A stretch of 64,000 nucleotides of DNA from Psammoneis japonica (Eukaryota), in the NCBI GenBank assembly GCA_008632985.1, contig QPGO01000002.1, positions 124,001-188,000 of the forward strand, read 5' to 3'. Below are positions 23,400 through 36,900 of this stretch, in pieces. The stretch's first letter is position 1, and every line of letters starts with the position of its first letter. The notes beneath the pieces were generated by a model. That model saw only the letters and a list, made by a program, of their open reading frames with translations, did no database searches and had not been told where the DNA came from. The position numbers and the translations under genes were made by a program.

Positions 23400-26300
23400 C
23401 AGCAGCCACACTCTGCTGGCAGTCATCAAGAACAAATGCCAACTAACCATGCAGCATCTCTGGTTGCAGTCAGGCTAAGTAGATCCATTCCAGCCACATG
23501 TCCCCTCAGATCGAAACCACAAGAGAGCAAAAGCCTCAATGCTCGAAACATTTTGTGTGGAAGCTGGAAAGAATGCAGCTTGATTGTGAAACTCAAGGCA
23601 CCAAGAAGGACATTTTCAATGCACTTTGCACGAATCGCCTTGGAGGCGAGAATTGCACCAGTTTCTGGTTGATCCATCACCCAGCGAGCAAGGTCGTGGG
23701 TCTTTTCTGTCACTGTTTTGGCCTGCTTTATGTCTTCTCTTTTGCTGCGGTGGGCCAATGGGGTGAAGATCCTTGAAAAGATGTCAACAAGCATGCCTCC
23801 TCCGTCTTCTTTTTTGATGCTTCCTGGAATGAGTGTGCACGGCAAATTTGCTTGCTTTCATTCTGCATCGAACATGTCCGCCATGAGGGGACGTCTGTTT
23901 CCAAAGCACATTGGAGGGCCTCGCCCACCAATGCAGAAACATGCGAATGCCAAGAGCGCAAAAGGCTCTCCAACCAACAATGGCCGTGTTGGCCTTCCAA
24001 TCGAAAAAGAAATCATCTCCTTCCTCTACGTTGTCGTCATGCTTCATGGCAAGTGAAAAGGCCAAGTGAATCAGATTCGAATGTCATCGCTGAGCCACCG
24101 TGTGGAACAGCAGTTCACCATGCCAACGATCCGTCAACCAATTGAGGTTGGAGATGTCGAAAGACATCAGAACTTTCTCTCGCGTTCCCATGCCAAGAGG
24201 CGCTTCGGGTCCCGCCAACTTGAGAGCTTCCTCCCTTGCACCGTCAACTTCTCCTTCAATCTCCTCCACACTTTTCCCAGACGCAATGAGCATCGCCCGA
24301 TTTCCCCCATGATGCAATCCGTTGTGACTTTCGCACTCCCCTGACACGATCAAGGCGAGCTAGAAGTGGAGCGAAAACGTCCATCTTCCACAGCTGCTCG
24401 GTGATGGGTCAAAGAGCAAGCACAGTTAGCCAAAGGAAGGAGCCCAGGTCTGCTTCTGTTGCAAATGAATCAAACCTGCTTCAACCACATTCGCTGCAAA
24501 ATCCTTCAGTGGCTGAAAACGCAGCGACAACATCCACCCGACCACACTCAATGATGGCAAACATCTTGTCGCGGATCCAACCGATCAGTGCGGTTTCCAT
24601 GATTTTATTGGCATTGCGAAGATGTGCAGAGCCTTCCACAACATCAGAAGCCACATGGCAGATCAACGCATCCGAGCCGATGGCCGTGTCAAGTGAATAA
24701 AAAAAACACGCTGTTTCAAAGGCCTCCACATCGGTTTCATTCGTGCAGTGTCCGAGTGTTCACCCAGAAGCCAAAGACTTCGACAATGACTCTGACAAAA
24801 ACAGCAACCTGCACCACCATCCGTGGCCACAAAGCTCATGAGGGCAAAAACAACCGACTCGGCAACATTGGGGAATCGCAAAGCGCATCCGTGAACGGCC
24901 CGAATCAGCACATGTTTCGGCACAGACCATGCTCTTGGCTTCCGCCGTGGTGGAGTCCTGCTCTTGAGCAGTCTTGGCAACGTAGCGCTTGACCGTCGAT
25001 ACGACATCAACAATGCGAAGGGCGACAATGTCCATGGCAAGATCGAGGACCTTGCAATGACGCGTCTTGATGTCTTCCAATCATTCAAGAACAATGAGCT
25101 TGACATTGCTGTCATTCTTGCCATGTTCCACAAGTTTGCACAAGTGACGGCGGCAACCCGAATTCCGTTCTTGCCAACGTCGTCCATGTTTTGGGCCAAG
25201 AACTGAACGGCCAAATCCTCCGACTGATTGAAAACACGAGAAAAGCACTTCTCCTCACAGCCATGTCTGTTTCGGCTTGGGAGGAATTCGTGCATGAGCT
25301 CTGGTGCATCGGGCATCAAGTGCTCTCCAAACAGCTTGTGAGCAACAAACACGGCAAGCGCCGCATCGGCACTTGGGCACAACCTCCCAGCAAAGCAGAG
25401 AGAAGTTTTGAGCAGATTTACGAAGAGAAACAATCCTGACAAGCATGCACTTGTCCGGCCATCAACAATTAAAGTGCCGCAGCAACGAGAATGCAACACT
25501 TGCCTTTCCATCTCGGATGGCAGCTTCTGCGCCATCATGAATTTCTTCAAGCCTGCCGCATCGACAAAGGCAGAGAAGGCGTCCGCGATTGCCGCAGCTC
25601 TGTCACCACTGCTGCTGTCCGATGATGCCAACAAGGACAAAACAGCATGGCCATGACGGCACTGCCCCGTGGTTGATGCAACACCAAAACCCCAAGCGTG
25701 TGCTTGGGAGACAAAAGCCAGCCATGCACAACAAAGCCCAGCTCAAAAGCTTGGGTGCAGCAGGCAGTTTTGCTTGGTGGTCATTGAAGCACCTCCACAC
25801 CACCAGACTGAGTGACAAGAGAGATGCTCTACAACTGCAAACAAAGCCCATCACCAAACAAGAGCATGTTTGGATTCAGCATTCACAGCTGCTTGCATCA
25901 AAGATGAGGGGCTTTCTCTGAGATTCTTTGAGCAACCCGTGGACATGGTCAAGCCCATTGAGTCCAGAACACCCTGCAGTTGACAAAGGAACTGAGAACA
26001 AAATGATGTCAAGATGCAAGAGTGCAAAGAAACAGGAGGAGGCACACAGAGTGATTGATGACAACAAGTCTCCTCTCTTGCACCTGCCACTTCAATGTTT
26101 CCAGTGGCATTTGGGGCTGCACACCTGTGCAGCATGCTTCCCACTGTGCCACAAAGAAGAAGAAGAATTGCAGAGACATCTGCATGACAATGAAGCAGTG
26201 CACCCCTCTTGTCATGGCAGACAACAAGTGTGCCAAGTTGTGTGTGAACAATCAACCCATGGTCAAGCTGTCAACAAAGAGCACATGATGGTGCTCTCAC

Positions 26301-28300
26301 TCAAATTGCTTGTGTGTCATCAAGCATCAAGGGAATCCACCATGGTTTGTCAAATCATTGCACAGGCTCCTTTGAGAAGAAACACCACCCAAAACAGCAC
26401 ATTCGCAATTGGGGCCACAATGCCATGACACCAAACAAGCCACATTGATTTTTTCTGCATTCTTGGCAAGCACCTCGCTGCACCCATCATGGCAGATGAC
26501 AAAGCACTGCTCATGGTTTGACTTGGCAAAGCACCCACATTTGTGCTGTCCAAGTCAACCAGCTGCATGCAGACAAACACCACAGCCATTGCACAAAACC
26601 AAGCCAGCTGGCAACACAAGAATGGCCCCATTTGTGACAGTTGAGGAGCAACCACAACCACAGCAGCCACACTTGATCCTCCTCAAGAAGCAGAGAAATG
26701 ACCTTGAGACTCCACCCCTGCTGCTGGAGACTTGCAACAAATCATCCAAAGAAGCTTCGCTCCCTTGCAGCTGAAGATGACCACTGCCCATGAGGGTGAA
26801 AAGAGGGGGTGGCCACTGGGGGGCATGGCTTTTTGTTTTTCTTTGTTCTTGTTTGTTTCAGCTGCAAACATGGATGTGACAATTGAAACACACACAATTG
26901 TTGCAATGGTCACATCACTGGTCACATCACAACAAAGATTTCATTTTGTGTGAAAACAGGCATGTGCACACAGCACCTGAGCCTGGAACAAGTCATGCTC
27001 TCTTTTCCAACTGAAGAGTTTCTTGATCCTGCTGAATGGTTTTGCTCACTTTTCAAATTTGAAAAAGAGTGCACAAATCTTCCTTTGAAAATGGCCGCTG
27101 CTGGGTGTGCAAGCAGCAAGAAAGGACTCCACAGTGAACCGCATTGTCCAGGTGCCCATCTACATTCCATGCTGCAAAACAAACTGATGTGCTGGTGCTC
27201 TCTCTTCAATCACTGGAGTGCAATTAAACTGAGCTGCAAACATGCCAATGTTGCACACTCAATCTTTCTCCCCACCTGTTCCTCATCACTGCATTGTTCC
27301 TTGCTTTGCTGTCATGATGATCCAAGAAGTCTTCATTCTTGCCTTGCTCATGAGTGTGGCGGATCTTGTTCAGTTTCTCCAACAAGGGTGGAGTGAGCCA
27401 CTTGTTTGCACTGAACACATGTCAGCTTTTCCTTTCCACCCATGACAGGACAAAGCTTTTCATCCCAAAGAATTTCTCACTTGTCACCCAGAACCTGCAA
27501 ATTGTGTTTTTGAGTGCTTGCCCACAAGCCTTGTGTGTGACTTGAGGCCACTGCAAGATTCTCTTTTCAACCACTTGAGTCAACTCAAGTGACAGCTGGC
27601 ATGGTGCCTGCCCTCCAGTTTTCTCTTTTTTGCGTTCTTCTTTCCATTCTTCTTCTTTCTCTGCTCTTGGCTGTGGCAGCAGCCACCTTTTTCTTTTTCG
27701 GCAAAACAACATCAAATCAACCAACTTGAGTGGGTGAATGTGCCAGTGTCTTTGTTCACATGCCAAGCATGGTTGAGGCTTGCAACCAAGGACCCTTTGC
27801 ATTTTGCCACTCAGTGGAATTTCATGCTTGTCTCTTGGGTTTTTTCTGAACACATTCAGAGTTCCTTGAAAATTTTTGTGTGCTGAGCCATGTGTGCTTG
27901 TGCTTTCCCAGAAATGCCACAAGCTTGTCCCTCAATGCTGCTTGTCTTGGCACGCTTGCTTGCCGCCAACAAAAGAGAAAACAACCACATCATCCTGGCA
28001 TCCAAGAGTGACCATGGCACCCTCATGACATGCCAAAGATGTGGGCGGCCTGTGCAGAACACCTGCAAAAGTCTTGGGCAGCTTCCAGCCACCACTTTCT
28101 TTCTTGACAAGTGAGTCTTGAATGTTGCGCCTGGTGGCAAAGCAATGAAATGAAAGAAGATTGAATGTGTCCTGTTGCCACGGGTGGCACTTCAGAAGGT
28201 TCAAAGATTCCACTGCTTTTGGCACAATGTGAAGAGCGCCTTGCAGTTGGCATGCCGCATCATTTCTTGGGCCACCATGAAAAACTCTCAAGCAACAAAG
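23400..28300. other. Unclassified TpA-depleted sequence (probable decayed transposon/ORF relics)
   Basis: Protein-like fragments on the minus strand at 23.4-25.6 kb (CpG retained). 25.7-28.3 kb lacks both TpA and most CpG. No domain recognised. Confidence 0.4.
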
Positions 28301-29900
28301 GATGATTCAAGAGCCCAGCTTCATCCAGTGGCCAGCTAAAGTGACCAGTTGGCAGATCTGCACTGTCTAGAATCCCTCAGACATGGTCCATGTTTCACCC
28401 AAAACTCCCTCCAACATGCAGTCTGTGTGTCCCCCAAAACAAGCATTTGTGCAAGGCTGTCAGGATGCACACAAGCTGTGTGGACTGTGTGTTGCCATGT
28501 GCAGCAATGAGTTCACAAGCAATGATCTTGATGGTGAAAACTCCACCGTCAAAGTGTGTGAACACTCCAATCCATTCAGGGGCACCAACAACTGAAGACA
28601 TTGGCTTCACTGTCAAGTCTGGCAGCCACTGCCTTGGAGGCTTCATTGCAATTCACCACCCACAGACCACCTGTGCTGGTCTGCAGAAGTCCCCACAACA
28701 CCAGCAGCAGTGTGCCCAGCATGCAGTTGGGGGCTGCGGTGAGTCATTTGCAGAAGCAGAGCATGTGATGCACAGCGCAACTTTCCACCAGCACCACTCA
28801 GCAAGACATTGGCAAACAATGACCCAAGACTGGCCCTGGTTGCCCCTCCAATCAAATTTTTGGGACTGTCCATCCCTTGTCCAACACAGGAGTCTGCAGC
28901 TCACAACTGCAAAGCAAGCCCACTTTAAAGTGCTCCCACGTGATCGACTCACTCTGTGGCCACTCTCAGTTGTGTTCCACAGTTCCCAAGGACACCATGC
29001 ACAAAGTGAAATGAGAAGCAGCCAAACAAACAAGGTCAAAGCGCACAAGGAGACCCTCAAAATGATCCCCAGGACTCCGCCCAACCTCAAGGACAGAGCT
29101 GTCAAGCATGGCACCAAGACTGGAGAGTGGCTGTGAGCGCACCCATCAATGCTGAATGGCACAAAACTTGCGCGCCAAGAGTTCCGTGACACACTCATTT
29201 TGTGGTGTGGCAGCACTCTGCTGGACCTCCCTGAGTTCTGCAATGGGTGCAGCCACAAAATCTCCTTCAACCACACACTTCAGGGCAAGAATGGTGGCCA
29301 AGTCATCTCACATTGGCAAGGCTTGCAAACCTTCCTGCCTGCATGCACAACAAACCTCTTGTCAACCCCGCTGGTTGCATCTGGAGAAGCCCCAGCAACT
29401 CCAACATTTCCCCAGGCAACACCAGTGCCACCTCCAACACAAGTCCAAGGATGGCAATTGTGAAGATCTTCCAGCAATGAGATTTTGGGATGGAAGGACA
29501 GACACAGTGTTGGATGTTTGCATCCCTGATGCGAGCACCAAGTCACACCCATCCAAAACACCAGAGGAGGTCCTGGCAGACCAAAAATGTGAGAAAAAGT
29601 GCAAGCACCTCAAGGAGCCCTGTCTTGAGCAACGCCGTCATTTCACTCCCTTCATTGTGTCATGTGACAGACTGCTTGGCAAGGAAGGCAAGGAGGCGAT
29701 GCTTTGCAAGCTCGCATCAAAGAAATCTGACAAGTGTTGAAAACCATGTTTGGAAGCATTTGGCTGTGTCAAGGCAAGGATGAAGGATGAGCATCACAAT
29801 GGTCTGGGCAACCCATTGTTGCCTCAGGGGATCCTGCACCCACACATCCCAGATCAGCTCCAGGCATCCCCATTGATGGACCCCAATTCAGTCAGACTGC
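28300..29900 (+). mobile_element. Degraded CRE-clade (restriction-like endonuclease) non-LTR retrotransposon, 3' part
   Basis: KTGEWL*AHPSMLNGTKLARQEFRDTLILWCG..LPEFCNGC....FNHTLQGKNGG (zinc knuckle) and DLPAMRFWDGRTDTVLDVCIPDASTKSH...EKKCKHL...CLEQRRHFTPFIVSCDRLLGKE match CRE C-terminal motifs. Confidence 0.85.
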
Positions 29901-30424
29901 ACTCACAAAGACAGAGCATTGTCCTGCCATCTGCAGAGATGGTTGGTGTGAAGCTGACAAGACAACAAAACCACACCAGCGCATTGACGCCGCGGCGCCA
30001 GGTGCCAGAATCCATTCAAATTTTGCACGCACAGATGGCAAAACTTCTTGCGCACGACAGCTGCTCCTTGCACTCATGTGACTGCATCAACTCTGCATGA
30101 CACTTGCTTTTTTGCATGAACACCTTGTGCTCCAACATTCCAGCAGCAACAATTTGGCTCCCACAGAGCAAAAATCCCAAAAGATGAGTTGCTTGATCAA
30201 AACCAGCACAAACCCTGTTGCACAGCACCAACGTTCAAATCATGGATCTGTGTGATCAGCTTCCTCCCAATCCAGCACAGAAACAGCATGGCTTGATGCT
30301 GCATTTGTTTTGCAGGCAAAAATCGAGTTTTGGGGTTGCAAGTCTGCATTTGCCAAGACACCAGGAGGAGCTGAACTTGTCAGGCCCCAGGATTTCATCC
30401 TTGAGTCTCATCATCTGGTGCAAT

Positions 30425-30534
30425 TGCAACGTGCAGCTGCCAATGAGAGTCAATGTATCACGGCGACGTGTTGCAGCCTTTAAATGTCACAAAGGGCGTG
30501 ACAAAAACAACCTTTTGTCTGCGTGCATGCTGCA
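30425..30534. repeat. 110-bp direct repeat flanking the YR element; partner at 37131-37240
   Basis: Ungapped alignment with 16 differences, all transitions. Confidence 0.93.
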
Positions 30535-30635
30535 TTGTGAATTCACAGCGGAGTGGTTCATCGCAACCATTGGGCAGGAGGCCAGGGGTTCGAAACCCTG
30601 AGTGGGAGTTGTCTGAAGCAACGTTGATCACTGTC

Positions 30636-30774
30636 GCGGCTCACGCTGCCCGTCTTGTTCCTTCTCCTGCGGCTCTCTAGTGCCAACTAGAGATCTTCCA
30701 ATGATGGGCTGGAATGGCTTTGCCAGCGGATGCGCAAGCCTCATTCCCAAAACCCAAGCTGGAACGGCAGGGCC
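30636..30774. repeat. Split direct repeat B (139 bp); partner at 30991-31129
   Basis: GCGGCTCACGC...GGAACGGCAGGGCC present at both positions. Confidence 0.95.
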
Positions 30775-30794
30775 AGAGGGCGGGAGAGGTGGGA

Positions 30795-30991
30795 GCGTTA
30801 AAAACTGTCTAGCGGCTTCTTGCTCTTTGTTGCTCTTCAGGAAAATGAGTGAAGCAAACGAGAAAAGAGCAGAAAAAACCGTTGTTTGCTCGCCAAGTTC
30901 GCGCAAGCACGTTCAAATTTGAATTCAAACGGTTTGCATGACCCAACGGTCAAATGTGGGTCATTTGCCTCGTCACACTGCACAAGGTGGG
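30795..30991. repeat. Split direct repeat A (197 bp); partner at 36809-37005
   Basis: GCGTTAAAAACTGTCTAGCGG...CACTGCACAAGGTGGG present at both positions. Confidence 0.95.
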
Positions 30992-33900
30992 CGGCTCACG
31001 CCGCCCGTCTTGTTCCTTCTCCTGCGGCTCTCTAGTGCTGACTAGAGATCTTCTGATGATGGGCTCGAATGGCTTCACTGGCGGATGCGCAAGCCTCATT
31101 CCCAAAACCCAAGCTGGAACGGCAGGGCCTTCCAGCGCCACCTGCAGTGCCGTGCACTTTTGGGAGGGTGGGTGGGTTGAGGCTGGAGGGCTGTGGTGAT
31201 CAGGCGTCTTGAGGATTTTGAGGGACGTCAGCATCAGGGTGGAGGACGAAGTCGCCACCGGCGAGCATGTCGCGAGCGAAGTTGCGCATGACTGGTTCTG
31301 CTTGCAAGTGCAGGTGTCGCAACATTTCGTCGGATCGCCAGCGGCCTAAGAGCCGAATGAGATCGGTGTCGATGCGGGCACAAAGGAGGGCCATTGCTCC
31401 GGCGGCACGAAGACACCGAGCGGCAATGTCTCGGGTGGTGAAGCCGAGATTAGCCGGACTGAGAGCAGCGACAGCATTGCGCAGCATGCTGGTGATGTCG
31501 GCCGGGGACACACGACGCCAGGTGTTGTTTTGAAAGCAAACACCAAGGGGTGTGTCAGGGAGCACACTGTGGGTGCGCAAGTGTTGGACACGGCGGATGA
31601 GGGCTTGAACCGGGCACAGGTGGGGGTGACCGGAAAGACCAAGCCCTTAGAACTTCGCCTCGCACTCCATTTTTCTGGGTGGCAAAGGTGAGAGTGGCAA
31701 AGTTTGCTGTGTTAAGGTGTGCAAGTGGAGCTTGCATGGCATCAAGGTGAGCACCACCAGACACAAGCCGGACATCGGCGAGACGAAAGGGAGTGGTGTC
31801 TGATGGTGTTGCGGTGTGCTCGCCAGGCCGTGACAGGAAGAAAAAGGCAAGCACAATCATTTCAGCAATGGCTTGTGTGCCCGGGGCATTGCTGATGGCT
31901 GCGGCGGTCATGATCCATTGCAGCACTGCAATTGGGACCGGTTTTACGCGGTCTGGGGGTGGATCCTGCTTCTTGTAAAAACGGACTTGCCGGGTGAGGC
32001 AGAAATCCATTGTGCCTTGGGATGTGTGGCGTGGGTCCGGGGACCCCATTGCAGCGAACGTTTGGCCAACCGAACGTGCGGCATCTTCAGCGGTTCTTCC
32101 ACGGACGGGATTGCCCATCGGCGCGAGGACTCCTGTGCGGTGTCGGTGCAAGAAGACTTGGAGGAAGACAACAGGGTCGTCAACGTCTTCGAGGAGTGGG
32201 TCGATGGCCAAAGAGGAGCAGAACTCTCGCCATTTGTCCCAATGGGCACTGGTGGCGGAGGCTCTGGAAGAGGCAACGCCATGCTGGACTGCGTGTTGAG
32301 CAGCATTGAGATCACGTATGAACTCAGTTCTGGTGGAGGCGTCCAGAGACGCCAGGAGAGTTTCTGCAGACAGTGCAAATTAAAGTGACGCAAAAATTCA
32401 CGGTTGGACAAAGACTGCAGTCGTGAGGCATCGTCAGCGGCAGTGTTGAGGTGTCCAGGCAGGCAGTCATGCAACCCCAAGTGGCGATGGTAGCGTTGGT
32501 GGCAGGATTGGCATCGAAGCAACCGGGAGGCGGGTTTGACGGCAGTGGTGGCACCTTTACGTTGCCAGCACATGGTGCCTGAATTGTCGGTGCGTGAAAG
32601 ACTGGTGCATTCACGGATGTCAAAACAGTCGGCGGCGCCGAAGGACTGAATGACACTGCCGGCAAGTTCCAGGTCTGTGTTGGTGATGGGACCGTGCGGG
32701 TTGGAGAAAGTGGAGAGTTGACTGCTGACACTTTTGGGAAAGGGCAGTCGCCACACTGCAGGACCCGCATCTCTCTGTTGACAGCGTCTGCAATTGCCGA
32801 AATGGAGAGTGGCTGCTCTGGGTGCTGTGGCACTGGTTGGCAGGAGGACGCCGCCTGCGCCGTGACCTGCAGCATCATGACAGCCGGTGAGTGTTGGTTT
32901 TGGTGGAACCAATTCTTGAATGCGAACGGGTCGGGCGTCTAGGGTAGATTCTAGATCCCGAAAATCATCTAGTGCGCAGTGCGCATTGGCGGAGATCCGG
33001 ACCCGTGAGTCCGGAGTGGTGTGTCGGAGATTTTCTTGTAGCACTGAGAAGAGGCCCCGGGAGCCGGGGATGGCAATGCTCAGAGAGCGCAGCTCTCCCA
33101 GTGATTTCTGACAGTCGGAGACGGCAGCACATTTATGTGTGTGGGGGGAAATCCTGGTGCAGCATTGTGTGAAGTCGGGCACACCGTCGGGGCGTGAGCC
33201 GGATGGTCACAGCGCGAGCATCTATGAGCCAACCCAGGACTTCTTTCTGCGTGGACCATGTGGCATCACCCTGGCGGAGCTTCTTGACGGAGACGGGCTC
33301 TTTGCGGGTGGCTGGGTCATGTGCATCGAGTGGGCGGAAGACGTCATCGAGAACATGCAGCATCACACGGTGAACGTTGCGCCGGGCTTGTTTCGAACCT
33401 TGCGCAGCGCCGAGGAAGTTGTCTACATAGATGTCGATGTATTGCAAGCGGCGGCGCCGACGCGGTCAGAGGTGTGGGTCGGGCGCATTAGGAATGGGCA
33501 CGGCCTGGGAAGCTGCGGCCACTTGTGGTGGTTGGTGCTTCGGCGGGCGGCTTTCTAAAAGCGATTCCAGCGGATGTGGCGGTGCTTGGACGTTGCGCAC
33601 CAAATCCAAATTGGCGACATCGGCAACAGTCTCCATTGCTGTGCAGAACAAAGGCGGGGAGTTGGCCCAGCCCATGGGCAAGCGTGTTGGGATTGCAACC
33701 AGTGATGGTTCGCCCGATTGGTTCGGGAACACTGCACCAAGTGTAGGAGCCTGTTCTGGCGCAACTTGCATGTGGCAACAGCCATCAGCCAAGTCGATCT
33801 TCATGGGACAGACCATGCCTTTTCTGGGATCGGCGAGCAGGATGCGGCGTAGAAGGCGGTTGAAGGCACGTCCAAATTGCATGGCTTCCATTGCAGCGTT

Positions 33901-36900
33901 GGGTTGCGTGGAGGGATTTAGCCCACAACAGGTGCAGTCCACAATGGGGCGGGGACGTCGACCATGTTGAGGCACCACGCCAATTGGGCTTGGGCGAAGA
34001 CCGGGGGTGTGACGCACTTCCTCATAAGGGATGACAACCCAAAAGCCTTTCTCGACCATGTCGGCCATGTCTTGGCGCAGAAACTCGATGTGTTCGTAGG
34101 CGGATTTGTGTGGACCCCTGGCGACACTTGCGTCTAGCTCAGCATGCGTCCATGGTGCATCGGCGGCGGTGATGGGGGCACCTCGGTGCTTGCAATTGCT
34201 CAGCAGTCGGTGTGCTGGGTGTTGCTTGACTCGGTGGAGTGGACCCCAATCGCCTCTGCCGCTGCGATGACGCAACAAGTGACTGAGACCTCTGTGACGC
34301 AGTGACGCAGCATCAGTTTGTATGTGCTCACCTGGTTTGTCATTGTAGATTGCGGCAGCAACATCCTGTCCACGGGCAGTGGGGCGGGTGCGCTGCCTCT
34401 TGAAATTCTCCACAGTCGGGGGTTGTGGACGTGATGGCGCATCGACCATCGCGGATGAAGGCTCTTGGCTCCAAGTCCCCGAACTTGGGCCATTGCCGAA
34501 GACCTGTTCGGTCTTCCAGTTCTCCTCACCCCAGGTGAGAAGGGTGGTCTGTTCAGCGTCTGTGTGGTCATTGCGATGATCACAGGATGAGCCACAGTTG
34601 GTGTTACATTGCCCTTTGTAATGGCAGGGAAAGCAACGGGGACGACCTTGGGCATCTTTGGGAAGTTCGATGTTGTCCCTTGCGCATCGGTTTTTGACAT
34701 CGCGTGACCTGACGTTGGGGCGGTCACGAAGGGTGGCGAAGCGGTCATCATAAGAAGGGTTGTGGACGCGCTGTTGCTCCCCATGGCTTGACTGATGGGG
34801 GCCCTGTTGGCAGGCTGGTGTTGAGTTGCCGGGGCCGGTGCGGCTCCCAGTGCAGAACTGGGGCTGGCAGCTTGCATGTTAGCGGGCAGGTGCGGGCGCC
34901 AGCACATGATTCCTTTTGCCGCTTCAAACACAACGTTCAATGGTGAGAATGGAAGCGGGTGAAGGGAGGCTTCTTAAGCCTTGAACCAATGGCGGACTTC
35001 AATCTGCGCGCAGCGTTGAAAATCCACGGGAAGGGTTGGGTGCCAAGTGGCCTGTGTTGCCAACTCGTTGGCACACCGGTCCATGTCTTGACGTTGATGG
35101 GTGAGCCATTGGACAACTGGATGATTGGCTCCAAGTGAGGCAGAAAGCACCAGGCGGCATCCATCGTAGGACTGCTGAGCGGCTTGCATTGTCGTCGCCA
35201 CGAGCGCCTTGTCTGGTGCTTCCAGGACCTGCGTGTCTTGGAGGGACGGGGCCGCAGCGCCGCCATGAATGTGCATGTACATGGCCTTACGATGAGCGAT
35301 CTGCTCGGCACTGTCTGGCACAGCAATCCCAAACTGGAATGGAGTGATGCCTTGGGTTGGCTCGTCTTGATTGTGACCAGCAAAATCCAACTGTACGAGC
35401 TTGGTGACAAGGCCAACCGTGACTGGCACGTCAAAATGAACGGCCATGGCCTGGCGTTGCTCGTCAATTGCATTTTGGACGACTGCCAGGCGGCCTGTCT
35501 TAGGCGCTGCGGCAAGGGCGGCCCACATGGGCGGTGGTGCTGTCTCGTTGAGGGCGTGGCACCAATTCACAAGCTTGGTGACACCAAAAGGTCCCCAGAA
35601 CTCATTGGGAACCTTGCCCCGGGCAGCCGCTTGTTGCCGTGCAGTGGCATCAAGTCGGAGTTGTCATTGTTCAGTGGTGAGCTCTTCAATGGCCTGCACA
35701 ACTGGCTGGAAGTGCTGAGCGGTGGGTGGTGCCCGACCCAGTCTCCCGGGGATGTCCCGCTCCACCTTGGCATCAAAAAATTGAATGAGGGCTTCGTTGG
35801 GGGGCGTGTCATGGCAGGCCAAGGTCGCGCCACAACAGATGCCACTTGGTTGTGGGCAGTGGCACAGCAGGCGACGCGCAAGAAGTCGAGTGGTGGTCGG
35901 ATGGCAGCCACCTTGTCAGCTGCCGTGGCGGCGCCGTGCACGTGCTGGTGGGCTTGTTTAGGATACAAAGGGTGTGCCAACAAGAGCGGCACGAACTCAA
36001 ATGGCACGTGCATTGCGTGTCGTGTCTGTGCGACTTCCGAGTTTGGTGCATTCTCAGCCAGATGCGGATGCAGGCCTTCCGCATCATTGGTGACATGCTC
36101 CAGGAGTGCGGCGTGGGTCGGCACCCTAGTCCCCTGCTGTGCTAAATTGAATGAGTCGTTCCTGAATTCGACCAGGGTAAACTGTCCACGGGTTAGGTCA
36201 CCCGCCATTGCGTGCGTCTCACCATCCCAAGGTTCGGCAGGTCCAACCACGGTCGTCGGATAAGTGGTGACGCGGTGCAGGACTTGGATCTGTCCTTCGT
36301 CCGCTGCGCCGTCCTCTCGGCAGTGCATGATAACGGCCATCGGCTGATCGTGACTTGACGCCGCTGCAACTCGCCCATGGAGTGCTCCGGGGTTGCATCT
36401 CGAAGGTCCCTGAACCGGAACCGCGAAATCTAGCATCGACTCGTCGCACACCCCCCGGTGTGGGTCGTCAGCGGCTGTGAGGTGGAAATCCCGATGCGTC
36501 GCAATGACCGGCGGCGCCGCCGGTGCGGCTCGTGCACCCGGTGGTGGTGGTGGCATGACGGCTCCTGCTGCTTGCGGTGCCACCGGAGGCACCGGGACTT
36601 GTGGAGGAGGGGGTGGTGGAGCGTTTTGGGCTGCCGTGGCGGCTGCTGCAGCTCCTCTTTGCGGTGGAGCAGGGTCGTTGGCATTTTGGGCGTTCTGGGC
36701 CCCTTGTCCTGCGTTTTGCTGCTGTTGCGCGTCCACAATGGACTTGCCAAAGGTTCTTCCTGCAAACAACAAGGTGCTGCGGCGGAGGCATCCTGCGCCA
36801 CGTCGATGGCGTTAAAAACTGTCTAGCGGCTTCTTGCTCTTTGTTGCTCTTTGGAAGAATGAGTGAAGCAAACAAGAAAAGAGCAGAAAAAACCGTCATT

